From NCBI GenBank assembly GCA_965250005.1, contig OZ252279.1, positions 240,001-272,000 of the forward strand: a stretch of DNA of 32,000 nucleotides. The letters run 5' to 3'. The first letter of the stretch is position 1. Each line of letters starts with the position of its first letter. A model generated the notes under the pieces. The model was not told the DNA's origin. It was given only the letters and a program-made list of their open reading frames with translations, and did no database searches. This document shows positions 5,901 to 14,540 of this stretch, one piece after another. The DNA is from Demequinaceae bacterium (lineage in GTDB: Bacteria; Actinomycetota; Actinomycetes; Actinomycetales; Demequinaceae). The translations under genes and the position numbers were made by a program.

Positions 5901-8055
5901 TTTCCGTTCGCGCCCTTACGGCTTCGGCCACTACCTGATCTACCCACGCGTCCAGATCGATTTGCGTGACCTCGATTCCAAATGGCCCATACCGGTCGAG
6001 GGAAACCGCATGTGCGAGCGAGCGTAGCGCTGCCGCAGGAGCCTCCGAAAGCGGTCGGCCCGCGAGCCGCTCAATCCCCGACTCCACGTGGCGACGCGCT
6101 TCGAACGGCGTGAGCGACGATGGCCAAGCGAGGTCGCCGATCCGCCGAGCGAGGCGTGACCACGCGGCCTCCGGACCGTCCGCGCGGGTGCGGGCGTACT
6201 TCGACTTTTTGAGCCACCAATACATTCCGCCCAGCGCGGCGAGTACGACAAGGGAGGCGAGGGCGACGATGGCCCAGACTGGCAGGACTGGTGCGGAGAC
6301 CGCGCTGCCGGTGGGCTCAGAATCGCTCGGAAGGTCGGTCAAGGCGTCGTCGGGAGTCGAAAACTGGCCACCGTCGGGAAGCACGCCCGGTACGGGGACT
6401 TGGTTGACAGACGGGTTGGCCCACGTGGGTGGCGCGCCCGTCTGGATCGAAGGCGTGGGCTCGAACCTAACCCAACCGCGTTCGGGGAAATAGACCTCAG
6501 GCCACGCGTGAGCGTCGCCTCCCGTGATGACGTAGGTGCTCTCGTCGATGGCGTCGCCGGGAAGGAAGCCGACGGCGAGGCGAGTCGGAATGTCGAGCGA
6601 GCGCAACATCACCATCATGGTGGTGGCGAACTGAACGCAGTAGCCCGCGCGATTATCCAAGAACGACGACACTGCGTCTGCTCCGGTTGGGGAAACGGAG
6701 GTGTCGTAGGTGAAGTTCTGGTAGTTGCGCAGGTGATTCTGGATAAGGAGCGCGGTGTCGTAACGGGTTTCCGCCGTGGCGGTGACGTCGCGGGCAAGTG
6801 CTTCGACGCGTTCGAGATCGATTGTCGGGGCGACGGCCCGGTACTTGGGGTCGCGCTCGTCTGAGAAAACCCCCGAGACGAGCAATTGGTCGGCGGCGCG
6901 GAGATCGTCGGCGTTGTAGAAATTCAGGTCAGTGACGACCGTGTAACGCAGGTCGCGCGTAGTGGTACCGTCACCAATGACTTCGTCGGCCGCGCTGTTG
7001 TACTGCCACGGTCCGTCAATCTCGATGGTGCGGGGACTGGTCGGAATCGGCAGACTCTTTTCGATGAGCGATAGCACCGCAATATCGATGCGCACGCGAT
7101 CGCGGTCGGTCCAGCCGTAGACGGGTTCGGGCCACAGCACGCCCTGGGTCGCGGCTCGCTCCGTGATCTGCGGTTCCTCCCGGTCCCAGGCGGTCCCGTC
7201 AAATTCGGTAAACGTGTAAAGACGGAAGGCGTTGGGGCGCGCTCCCGACGTTCGATACGAAATGACCGGCGTGATCGAATTTGTGGTCAGCGAATTGCGC
7301 AAATCAAGTTCGAGATTCAGCCGCGTCGCGCCCGCGTCGAGTGATTCGACGCGTGGGAATGATCCCCACCCTGAGCCGGATAGCGCGGTTGGTACGGCAA
7401 GCATCATCAAGGCAATCGTGGCGGCGGTGGCAAGTGCGCCGGAAGAGAGCGTTGCGCCTCGATCTGCAGGAGCAGTCTTGCGCGACAATGCCATTATTCC
7501 GACCCAGCACGTGAGCGCGACCATGAAGTGGCCCGTCGAAACACCGAGGTTGGCGGCGATCGCGGGCAGCCACGGGATCAGCAGGCCGATTCCTGACGTC
7601 GCCGCCGCGCGCAAGGACACGGCCAGGTGATCGCACACAACAAACAGTGCGACGAACCCAGCCGTGAGGAGCGCACCGAGCGGTAGGCCAACTTCGACGC
7701 CCTGCGGTGTTGTTGCCGCAGCGTTCACGCCGTCTCCGAACGCTTTGACCAAGCTCGCAAATGCCTCGCCGGTTGGTAGCGCGAGTGTGTTCCCGTCCTC
7801 GTCGCGCGCGAATGCAGGGAGCATTGCCAGCACTGCGGCGACCGCTCCCGCGAGCGTAGGGAGCACTCGGGAGCGGGTTTTTAGGCGGACGACGATAATG
7901 ACCACAACGGTGACCGCGAAAACTGCGCCAGTTGTCCGCATCCAGGCGCCGAGCTCGACGAGTTTTCCTAGGCCCCATAGCCCCATGAAGACGCTGAGTG
8001 CCACGAGCGGAGTCGCCAGCCATGGCGAGCGGGCGGAGCGCAGGAAGTCGCTCAT
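5845..8055 (-). CDS. Polytopic membrane transglutaminase-like protein (TgpA/DUF3488-like)
   Basis: The N-terminal ~280 aa are multi-pass hydrophobic. The transglutaminase core is GYCVQFA ... DAHAWPEVYF ... GWVRFEPTP, and a late TM segment (VLPVWAIVALASLVVLAAL) follows. Start re-called at ATG 8055, which overlaps the DUF58 stop as ATGA (8055-8052). The track ORF start at 8214 would overlap the DUF58 gene by about 160 nt. Confidence 0.85.
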   Translation of the reverse strand: MSDFLRSARSPWLATPLVALSVFMGLWGLGKLVELGAWMRTTGAVFAVTVVVIIVVRLKTRSRVLPTLAGAVAAVLAMLPAFARDEDGNTLALPTGEAFASLVKAFGDGVNAAATTPQGVEVGLPLGALLTAGFVALFVVCDHLAVSLRAAATSGIGLLIPWLPAIAANLGVSTGHFMVALTCWVGIMALSRKTAPADRGATLSSGALATAATIALMMLAVPTALSGSGWGSFPRVESLDAGATRLNLELDLRNSLTTNSITPVISYRTSGARPNAFRLYTFTEFDGTAWDREEPQITERAATQGVLWPEPVYGWTDRDRVRIDIAVLSLIEKSLPIPTSPRTIEIDGPWQYNSAADEVIGDGTTTRDLRYTVVTDLNFYNADDLRAADQLLVSGVFSDERDPKYRAVAPTIDLERVEALARDVTATAETRYDTALLIQNHLRNYQNFTYDTSVSPTGADAVSSFLDNRAGYCVQFATTMMVMLRSLDIPTRLAVGFLPGDAIDESTYVITGGDAHAWPEVYFPERGWVRFEPTPSIQTGAPPTWANPSVNQVPVPGVLPDGGQFSTPDDALTDLPSDSEPTGSAVSAPVLPVWAIVALASLVVLAALGGMYWWLKKSKYARTRADGPEAAWSRLARRIGDLAWPSSLTPFEARRHVESGIERLAGRPLSEAPAAALRSLAHAVSLDRYGPFGIEVTQIDLDAWVDQVVAEAVRARTETTDRPARGGARTAPRGAT

Positions 8056-9359
8056 TCCATGTCTCCGGAAGCCATCAGCGCGTTCCATACTTGGCCGAGG
8101 TTTGAGCCTGCGGCAGCTGTCGTGGTGCGCCATCCGGCTCGTCGGAGCGCCTTCGCGGTGTCCTTCGCGGCCTGTTGGTGTTGCGGGTCGGTGTCCGTGC
8201 GAACGATGGCCCATGCGCGGCCGGCGCCGCCAATCGGGACTAGAATGTCCAGCGCCTCCTTGCTCAGCGGCTCGAACATGCCGACGATGACTTCTCCGGA
8301 CGGTGCCGAGAGCGCGGCCGCTCGGCCTGCTGCGACCAGTTCGTTATTCTCGGAAATGGCGGAGAACGGCTGCTTGAGGTCCACCGTCTGGTTGAGAAGA
8401 GACGCGCGAGCCATGATGCTCGAGTGCTCGCGGCTTTGCCCTGCTACGTCTGGGGGCAGGCCACCGCCGAGTAGCCGCACGGGGTGCCCGCTTTCCAGTA
8501 TGGAAAGGGCGATGGACGCGGAAGCGGAGATCGTCCACTCGAGCGCTTGCGTATCGCGGGGCAGCCCCATGATGACGCTCGCTGGTCGGCGGTCGGCGCG
8601 CTCGTCCGATCGAACGAGCATGGTGCCGTGCTTGGCGGAACTCTTCCAGTGCACTCGGCGGAGGTCATCCCCTTCGCGATAGTCGCGGAGCGCGGTGTCG
8701 TCGGGCGAGGCAGTGCGTGCTCCGAGCACCGCCTGGTCCGCGTGGCCCATCAGTGCGCCTGCGGTGGCGGACAGGTCTACTACAGAGGGCCAGACAATGA
8801 TGTTCTCTGCGGCACCGACCGAGATGTCCGCCGTGACTATTCCGAGCGGATCGGAACTGTGCACCAATGCCGGGCCAAGTGGCCATCGGCCGCGGCTCGT
8901 GGGCCGCAACGGGTACGAAAGAGTGAGCGACGTGGCCGTGCGTGTGACGGTCGCCTTTGCGCCCATGCTGCCTGTGAGTTCTGAGGAGGCCTGCTCCCGG
9001 ATATCGAGGCCGTTGATCATTGCGCGCGAGAAGCTGAGCGACCGGCCCATGCCCCCTGACTCGGCGCCCTCCGACCCGATGCTGACGGTGACCCTACCCG
9101 CGACCCCCACGGTGAGCGGGCGAGGAATGACTTCGCGCCGCGCGATGGGGAACCGGAGCAAGAACGTGTGGATCGACAGCACCATCCATAGTCCCGCGAT
9201 CGTTACCGCGGCGATCATGGTTACTCCGGCGTAGACGAGCGCGGGGCTCGCGAGCCCGACACCCAGGATGGTAACGAGTAGACCGGATACCCCAACGCCA
9301 ATGCCTCGCGACGAGATTAATGTCGCGGAAGCGGAGAGCGAGCTAGGCGCGGGAGGCAT
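8052..9359 (-). CDS. DUF58 domain protein (vWA-like partner of MoxR ATPases)
   Basis: 435 aa with two N-terminal TM helices. The DUF58 hallmark is present as RDYREGDDLRRVHWKSSAKHG. ATG 9359 lies 2 nt after the moxR stop (9362-9364). Confidence 0.85.
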   Translation of the reverse strand: MPPAPSSLSASATLISSRGIGVGVSGLLVTILGVGLASPALVYAGVTMIAAVTIAGLWMVLSIHTFLLRFPIARREVIPRPLTVGVAGRVTVSIGSEGAESGGMGRSLSFSRAMINGLDIREQASSELTGSMGAKATVTRTATSLTLSYPLRPTSRGRWPLGPALVHSSDPLGIVTADISVGAAENIIVWPSVVDLSATAGALMGHADQAVLGARTASPDDTALRDYREGDDLRRVHWKSSAKHGTMLVRSDERADRRPASVIMGLPRDTQALEWTISASASIALSILESGHPVRLLGGGLPPDVAGQSREHSSIMARASLLNQTVDLKQPFSAISENNELVAAGRAAALSAPSGEVIVGMFEPLSKEALDILVPIGGAGRAWAIVRTDTDPQHQQAAKDTAKALRRAGWRTTTAAAGSNLGQVWNALMASGDME

Positions 9360-9361
9360 GG

Positions 9362-10387
9362 TTACCGCTGCGACCCCGGTGCCCGAACAGACGGCTCACG
9401 AGCGGGAGCGGCGTTGTGCGCCTCGGTCGGCACCGGCGTGCGCTGGATGATGTCGCGCATGACTTGTTCGGAGTCGCGGCCGGCGAGTCGCGCCTCGGTG
9501 CTGAGGATCATGCGGTGAGACAGAACGCTTGTGGCGATAGCTTTGACGTCGTCCGGGAGTACGTGGTTTCGAGCCCCCAATGCTGCGCGAGCTTTTGATG
9601 CGGCGAGCAACTGTAGGGCCGCTCGCGGCGAGGCGCCGAGCCGCAGTCCGCTCTCCGACCGGGTCGCAGTGACGATGTCGACTACGTATTGCTTGATTGC
9701 GGGAGCTCCGTAGACGCGGCGCGCGATCTGGATTAACTTGCCGATGGTGGCGCCGTCGGTGACAGGGACGACAGCTTCGAGCGGATCGACACCGTCGTGG
9801 CTCTCGAGCATGGCCATTTCGTCGCGGGCCTCGGGATAGCCGAGCGCCACTTGAGCCATGAAGCGGTCGCGCTGGGCCTCCGGCAAGGGGTAGGTTCCCT
9901 CCATCTCGATCGGATTCTGGGTTGCTACCACCAAGAACGGCGAAGGCAGCGCGCGCGTCTCACCGTCGACGGTGACGTTGCGTTCCTGCATGGCTTCGAG
10001 CAGCGCGGATTGGGTCTTGGGGGAGGCGCGGTTAATCTCGTCGGCGATAACCACGTTCGCGAAAATCGGGCCGGGCCGGAATTCGAATTCTTGGCCACCC
10101 GACTTGAAGATGCTGACGCCAGTCACGTCGGAGGGGAGAAGGTCCGGGGTGAACTGGATTCGCCCAACAGAACAGTCGATGGACTTTGCGAAGGCCCGCG
10201 CAAGCGTGGTTTTGCCAACGCCGGGCACATCCTCCATGAGGAGGTGTCCCTCGGCGAGAATTACCGCGAGCGTGGACGTTATCGCGTGGTCAACGCCGGC
10301 CAAGACCGACGAGACAGAGGCGCGAATCCTCATCGTCACATCGGCGACCTGGGCCAACTCTGCTTCGGACGGGACTGGCTGATTCAT
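9362..10387 (-). CDS. moxR: MoxR-family AAA+ ATPase
   Basis: Walker A is EDVPGVGKTTLA and Walker B plus sensor is VVIADEINRASPKTQSALLEAMQE, followed by FLVVATQNPIEMEGTYPLPEAQRDRF. Start re-called at ATG 10387 (MNQPVPSEAEL...), which has an AAGGAG RBS 6 nt upstream on the minus strand. The 72-aa extension to 10603 would run into mraZ. Confidence 0.9.
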   Translation of the reverse strand: MNQPVPSEAELAQVADVTMRIRASVSSVLAGVDHAITSTLAVILAEGHLLMEDVPGVGKTTLARAFAKSIDCSVGRIQFTPDLLPSDVTGVSIFKSGGQEFEFRPGPIFANVVIADEINRASPKTQSALLEAMQERNVTVDGETRALPSPFLVVATQNPIEMEGTYPLPEAQRDRFMAQVALGYPEARDEMAMLESHDGVDPLEAVVPVTDGATIGKLIQIARRVYGAPAIKQYVVDIVTATRSESGLRLGASPRAALQLLAASKARAALGARNHVLPDDVKAIATSVLSHRMILSTEARLAGRDSEQVMRDIIQRTPVPTEAHNAAPAREPSVRAPGSQR

Positions 10388-10520
10388 GCAAGCTCCTTTG
10401 CTGGTACCCCTTGAGCCTAATTGATACGGAGATTCCGAAAAGTCCTCCACTCCGCCGTTGTGCCTTTTACCTGCGATGTTCTGTTCAGATCTGGTCGATT
10501 CTCGACGGGACTTGCCTTTT

Positions 10521-10566
10521 GTGGAGTGAAGTGGAGTAAAGTGGGGCGCACTGGTGAGTAGTGGCG
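10521..10566 (+). promoter_or_regulatory. Putative MraZ operator: five GTGG-type boxes phased at exactly 10 bp
   Basis: The boxes are GTGGAG (10521), GTGGAG (10531), GTGGGG (10541), CTGGTG (10551) and GTGGCG (10561). The array ends just before the mraZ RBS AAGGAGG (10568-10574). Direct repeats with 10-bp periodicity upstream of mraZ are the known MraZ binding architecture. Confidence 0.6.
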
Positions 10567-10582
10567 CAAGGAGGTGATGCTC

Positions 10583-11050
10583 ATGTCGGATGCTGCTGTG
10601 CACGGTCTGGGCCCCACCGGGGTCTTCCTCGGCACGTTCACCCCTCGGCTTGATGACAAGGGGCGGCTGATCCTGCCCGCGAAGTTCCGGGGTCGCCTGT
10701 CAACAGGGCTGGTGCTGACGCGTGGACTCGACCGCTGCATCTTCATGTTCCCTGTTGACGAATTCACCGCTGTTCACGAACGCCTGCGCCGTGCGCCCCT
10801 CGAGAACAAGAACGCGCGGGACTACCTGCGCAACTTCCTTGGCTACGCGAGCGATGAGCTCCCGGACAAGCAGGGGCGAATCCTCCTCGCTCCCGCCTTG
10901 CGCGAGTATGCGGGCATCGATCGAGACGTCGCCGTGGTGGGGCTCGGTACCCGAGTCGAACTATGGGACGTCAAGGCGTGGGACGCGTACCTAGCCAGCC
11001 ACGAGGACGACTACGCCCAAACAGCGAAGGAGGTCTTCGAGGACATCTAA
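10583..11050 (+). CDS. mraZ: Transcriptional regulator MraZ
   Basis: FLGTFTPRLDDKGRLILPAKFR and a second SpoVT/AbrB-like repeat (LPDKQGRILLAPALREYAGI) are present. ATG 10583 lies 8 nt after AAGGAGG. GTG 10574 and ATG 10577 are too close to the RBS. Confidence 0.93.
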   Translation: MSDAAVHGLGPTGVFLGTFTPRLDDKGRLILPAKFRGRLSTGLVLTRGLDRCIFMFPVDEFTAVHERLRRAPLENKNARDYLRNFLGYASDELPDKQGRILLAPALREYAGIDRDVAVVGLGTRVELWDVKAWDAYLASHEDDYAQTAKEVFEDI

Positions 11051-11149
11051 GACTCAACGATGCCAGTCGTGTCGTGCGGCCTCTCTCCCGCGCGCACTCT
11101 GGGGCACTTCCCCGCCCCAGAGCCGCCGGAGGGAGACCACGTGACACGA

Positions 11150-12157
11150 ATGGCAGACGTCGCGTCTGAAAGGAGTGTGAGGGTGAGCGTCAGCCCGTAC
11201 CGGCACGTGCCGGTGATGCTCGACCGCTGCGTCGAGTTACTGGAGCCTGCCCTGTCGCGCTCCGGCGCCGTCGCAATTGACGGGACGCTAGGTATGGGCG
11301 GCCATACCGAGGCCCTTCTGGAACGTTGCCCTAAGGCCGTGGTGGTCGGCATTGACAGGGACGCTGATGCCATCGCACTCGCTTCCGAGCGACTTGCGCC
11401 ATACGGCGAGCGCTTCCGCGCCCACCACGCCGAGTACGACGACATCCCGGGCGCACTGGCGCTCGCGGGGGCAACTCGCGCCGACGCGATCCTGCTCGAC
11501 CTGGGAGTCTCGAGCCTGCAAATCGACGAGGCGGACCGCGGCTTTAGCTACGCGAGCGACGCCCTCCTTGACATGCGGATGAACCGAGATGATGAGCGCA
11601 CCGCTGCAGACATTCTTAGAGATGAATCCGTTTTCGAACTCACTCGGATCTTCCGCGAATTTGGCGAGGAGCGGTTCGCGGGAGGGATCGCGAAGGCGAT
11701 CGTGCGGCGACGTGAAATCGAGCCCATAACTCGTAGCGGTGACCTGGTCGAACTGGTGAGCGCGTCGATGCCTGCGGCCGCCCGGTATTCCGGGGGCAAC
11801 CCAGCCAAGCGCGTGTTCCAGGCGCTGCGGATCGCCGTCAATCGGGAACTCGATGTGCTGGCGCGCGCGCTACCGGCTTCTGTCGCGGCTATCAGCGTTG
11901 GAGGCCGGGCGGTGGCAATGGCGTATCACTCGCTCGAGGACCGCATGGTGAAGCGCGAGTTCGCGGCCGGCGCCGCGACCACGGCCCCTCCCGGGATGCC
12001 AGTGGTGCGCGACGAAGACCAGCCGTACTTGCGTCTCCTCACGCGCGGCGCCGAGAAGTCTGATGATGCCGAGATTGCGAGGAACTCACGATCCAAACCT
12101 GTGCGCTTGCGCGCGGTCGAACGGACTCGCGAGGCCCCGATGCGGAGCGCGGCGTGA
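11150..12157 (+). CDS. rsmH: 16S rRNA (cytosine1402-N4)-methyltransferase RsmH
   Basis: Motifs HVPVMLDRCVELL, DGTLGMGGHTEALL, DLGVSSLQIDEADRGFSY and YHSLEDRMVKREF are present. The start is uncertain: ATG 11150, GTG 11141 (GGAGGG 6 nt upstream) or the track start ATG 11060. Confidence 0.93.
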   Translation: MADVASERSVRVSVSPYRHVPVMLDRCVELLEPALSRSGAVAIDGTLGMGGHTEALLERCPKAVVVGIDRDADAIALASERLAPYGERFRAHHAEYDDIPGALALAGATRADAILLDLGVSSLQIDEADRGFSYASDALLDMRMNRDDERTAADILRDESVFELTRIFREFGEERFAGGIAKAIVRRREIEPITRSGDLVELVSASMPAAARYSGGNPAKRVFQALRIAVNRELDVLARALPASVAAISVGGRAVAMAYHSLEDRMVKREFAAGAATTAPPGMPVVRDEDQPYLRLLTRGAEKSDDAEIARNSRSKPVRLRAVERTREAPMRSAA

Positions 12158-12564
12158 GCGCCGTTGCGCGGCTCGACCGCGCATTTCCTACTCCGGCCCC
12201 ACCACCCGCAGGCTCGCCCGCGCCCGCTCGTCGCGCACATCTCGCCCCGGTCGCCGCTCCCGAACACTCGCGATCGATGGTGCCGTTCTTCGTTCTGTGC
12301 TTCGCGATCATCGTGGGCGCGCTCGTCGCCGTGCTAGTACTCAACACCTCGATGGCTGCTGCGGCGTACGAATCGCGCGACTTGCGAATCGAGCTCGCGA
12401 CCCTGACCGAACAGCGAGGTGACCTCCTCGCGCGACTAGACACGAACGCAGCACCGCAACGGCTCGCCGCGCAGGCTGAGCAACTCGGGATGGTCCCTGC
12501 AAGCGCGATCGGCTTCCTGTCCATAGAGGGCCAGACAGTGGTTGGCGGGGGAGCCGGCGAGTGA
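12154..12564 (+). CDS. ftsL: FtsL-like cell division protein (single TM plus coiled coil)
   Basis: Sits in the canonical position between rsmH and ftsI. It has a Pro/Ala-rich N-terminus, one TM helix (VPFFVLCFAIIVGALVAVLVL) and then a coiled-coil-like segment ESRDLRIELATLTEQRGDLLARLD. GTG 12154 overlaps the rsmH stop as GTGA. Confidence 0.7.
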   Translation: MSAVARLDRAFPTPAPPPAGSPAPARRAHLAPVAAPEHSRSMVPFFVLCFAIIVGALVAVLVLNTSMAAAAYESRDLRIELATLTEQRGDLLARLDTNAAPQRLAAQAEQLGMVPASAIGFLSIEGQTVVGGGAGE

Positions 12565-14540
12565 CCGCGCCCACGGGCCGCCGTGCTAAGAAGGCAGCCA
12601 GAGTGTCGCGCTCGGGCAGACGTCGCGGGCCGACAACGGCACGCGGCGCGACGGGCACACGTCCGTATCGCGAAGCGCGTCCGGAGATTCCTCGTCCGCC
12701 ACACACGCGTGGAGCCGTTCGATACGAGAGCGCGCGCACGCGCCCTGGCCAGCAACGCGCCTCGCCCCTCGCCCCTCGAATCGGGTTGCCGCGCAGGCGG
12801 CAGGGCGTACTGACGGCGATTATGCTGTTGGTCCTCGGAGTATTCGCCGCGCGCCTGGTTCAGGTGCAGGCTATCGACGCGCCGGAGCTCGCAGCGGAGG
12901 CACTGGGGCAGCGGCTTGTCACCAGCCAGATCGATGTCCAGCGTGCCGACATTGTGGACCGCAATGGTGCGGTGTTGGCGACGTCAATTGAGCGCGTCCA
13001 TATATGGGTCAACCAGGAGAAGATTGCTGACTGGAAGCGCGTGAGCAACGGTCAGACGCTAGCTGCCGGGCCGGGCGACGCTGCGCGCATTCTCGCGCCC
13101 ATCCTCGGGATGGAGGAGCAGCAACTAGAGGCGCTATTGACCGGAGAGAGATCTTTTCAGTACCTCGCAAGAGATATCTCGAATGACGTGTGGGACCTGG
13201 TCAGTGCAGAGCGGATCGCCGGCCTCGACTTTGAGCCGACATCCGAGCGCATCTATCCAAATGGGGCGGTCGCGGGCAATGTGATCGGATTCGTGGGAGG
13301 CCGCGATGACGTCGCTGGCCGGTGGGGGATCGCCGGTCTCGAATACGCATTCGAGGAGGCGCTGCTAGGCACGCCAGGCTCGCTCACGTATGAACGCGGC
13401 GGCGGAAACCTCGTGATTCCTACAGGCGTCCGCGAGGAGTCGCCGGCCGTGCCGGGGTCGACTCTTGTCACCACGCTCGATCGCGATTTGCAGTGGCTCA
13501 CTCAGCAGCGGCTCGCGCGTGCTCTCACAGACACGGGCGCCGAGTCCGGCGTGATCATCGTCGAGGACATTCGCACGGGCGAGATTTATGCGCTTGCGGA
13601 CTCGTCGAGTGTCGATCCCCGTGATGCGGGCGCCTCGGCTGCGGCCGACCGCGGGTCGCGCGCCGCCTCCTCAGTGTTTGAGCCCGGCTCAACCGGGAAG
13701 ATCATCACGATGGCGGCGCTAATCGAGGAGGGGCTGGCAACACCGACGTCCCGGTATATAGCGCCATTCGAGTACGCGACCAACAACGGCCAGGTCTTCC
13801 GCGACTCTCACGAACACGCCGATTGGCAATTGACGCTTGCGGGCATCCTGGTGCGGTCGTCCAACACGGGCACCGTACGGGCCGGCCAGCGACTCACGCT
13901 CGACCAGCGCTACGACTACTTGAGCACGTTCGGGCTTGGTGACCGCACGGGCGTAGGACTGCCAGGCGAGTCGGGAGGCATTCTCCACGACTCCGGAGAC
14001 TGGGACGGGCGCACCAAGTTCGCCGTGCTCTTTGGGCAGGGAGTCTCGGTAACGGCACTCCAAACCACGCAGGTGTATGCGACCATCGCCAACGGCGGGG
14101 TGCGCGTCCAACCCACCGTAGTCCAAGGCTTCGAGCAGGCCGATGGCACGTTCGTGCCCCGTGATGTCGCCGATCCCGAACGTGTCATCTCTGAGGACAC
14201 AGCGGCTCAGCTCATGCGGATGCTTGAGTCCGTTGTCGCTGACGGCACCGGACAGCTAGCCCAGGTGGACAGTTACCGGGTCGCGGGAAAGACCGGGACC
14301 GCCCAGGCGGCAGGGCCGGACGGCGAGATGACATCAATTGTGGCGTCGTTTGTTGGCGTCGCGCCCGCAGACAACCCGCGTATCGTCGTATCCGTGATCC
14401 TGTTCAACCCGCAATCCTCTGTGTGGGGCGGTGACGTAGCGGCCCCGGTCTTCGCCGACGTCATGACGCAAGCACTTCAGGCGCTCAGGGTGCCTCCGAG
14501 CGTCGGCGACGCGAACCCCTACCCCATTACTTGGGAGTGA
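12561..14540 (+). CDS. ftsI: Class B penicillin-binding protein / peptidoglycan D,D-transpeptidase FtsI
   Basis: One TM helix and a dimerisation region precede a transpeptidase domain with SxxK (GSTGKI), SxN (RSSNTG) and KTG (GKTGTA). GTG 12561 overlaps the ftsL stop as GTGA. Confidence 0.9.
   Translation: MTAPTGRRAKKAARVSRSGRRRGPTTARGATGTRPYREARPEIPRPPHTRGAVRYESARTRPGQQRASPLAPRIGLPRRRQGVLTAIMLLVLGVFAARLVQVQAIDAPELAAEALGQRLVTSQIDVQRADIVDRNGAVLATSIERVHIWVNQEKIADWKRVSNGQTLAAGPGDAARILAPILGMEEQQLEALLTGERSFQYLARDISNDVWDLVSAERIAGLDFEPTSERIYPNGAVAGNVIGFVGGRDDVAGRWGIAGLEYAFEEALLGTPGSLTYERGGGNLVIPTGVREESPAVPGSTLVTTLDRDLQWLTQQRLARALTDTGAESGVIIVEDIRTGEIYALADSSSVDPRDAGASAAADRGSRAASSVFEPGSTGKIITMAALIEEGLATPTSRYIAPFEYATNNGQVFRDSHEHADWQLTLAGILVRSSNTGTVRAGQRLTLDQRYDYLSTFGLGDRTGVGLPGESGGILHDSGDWDGRTKFAVLFGQGVSVTALQTTQVYATIANGGVRVQPTVVQGFEQADGTFVPRDVADPERVISEDTAAQLMRMLESVVADGTGQLAQVDSYRVAGKTGTAQAAGPDGEMTSIVASFVGVAPADNPRIVVSVILFNPQSSVWGGDVAAPVFADVMTQALQALRVPPSVGDANPYPITWE

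Noticed and set aside
10388-10603. 72-aa N-terminal extension of the MoxR ORF; similar extensions for the transglutaminase (8056-8214), murD (18447-18545), murG (21013-21132), rluD (28910-28987), DUF3040 (5451-5510) and divIVA (27384-27401)
   Set aside because: The extensions overlap neighbouring genes or the mraZ control region and lack RBSs. Internal starts with a good RBS or an ATGA/GTGA coupling give N-termini that match the family norm.
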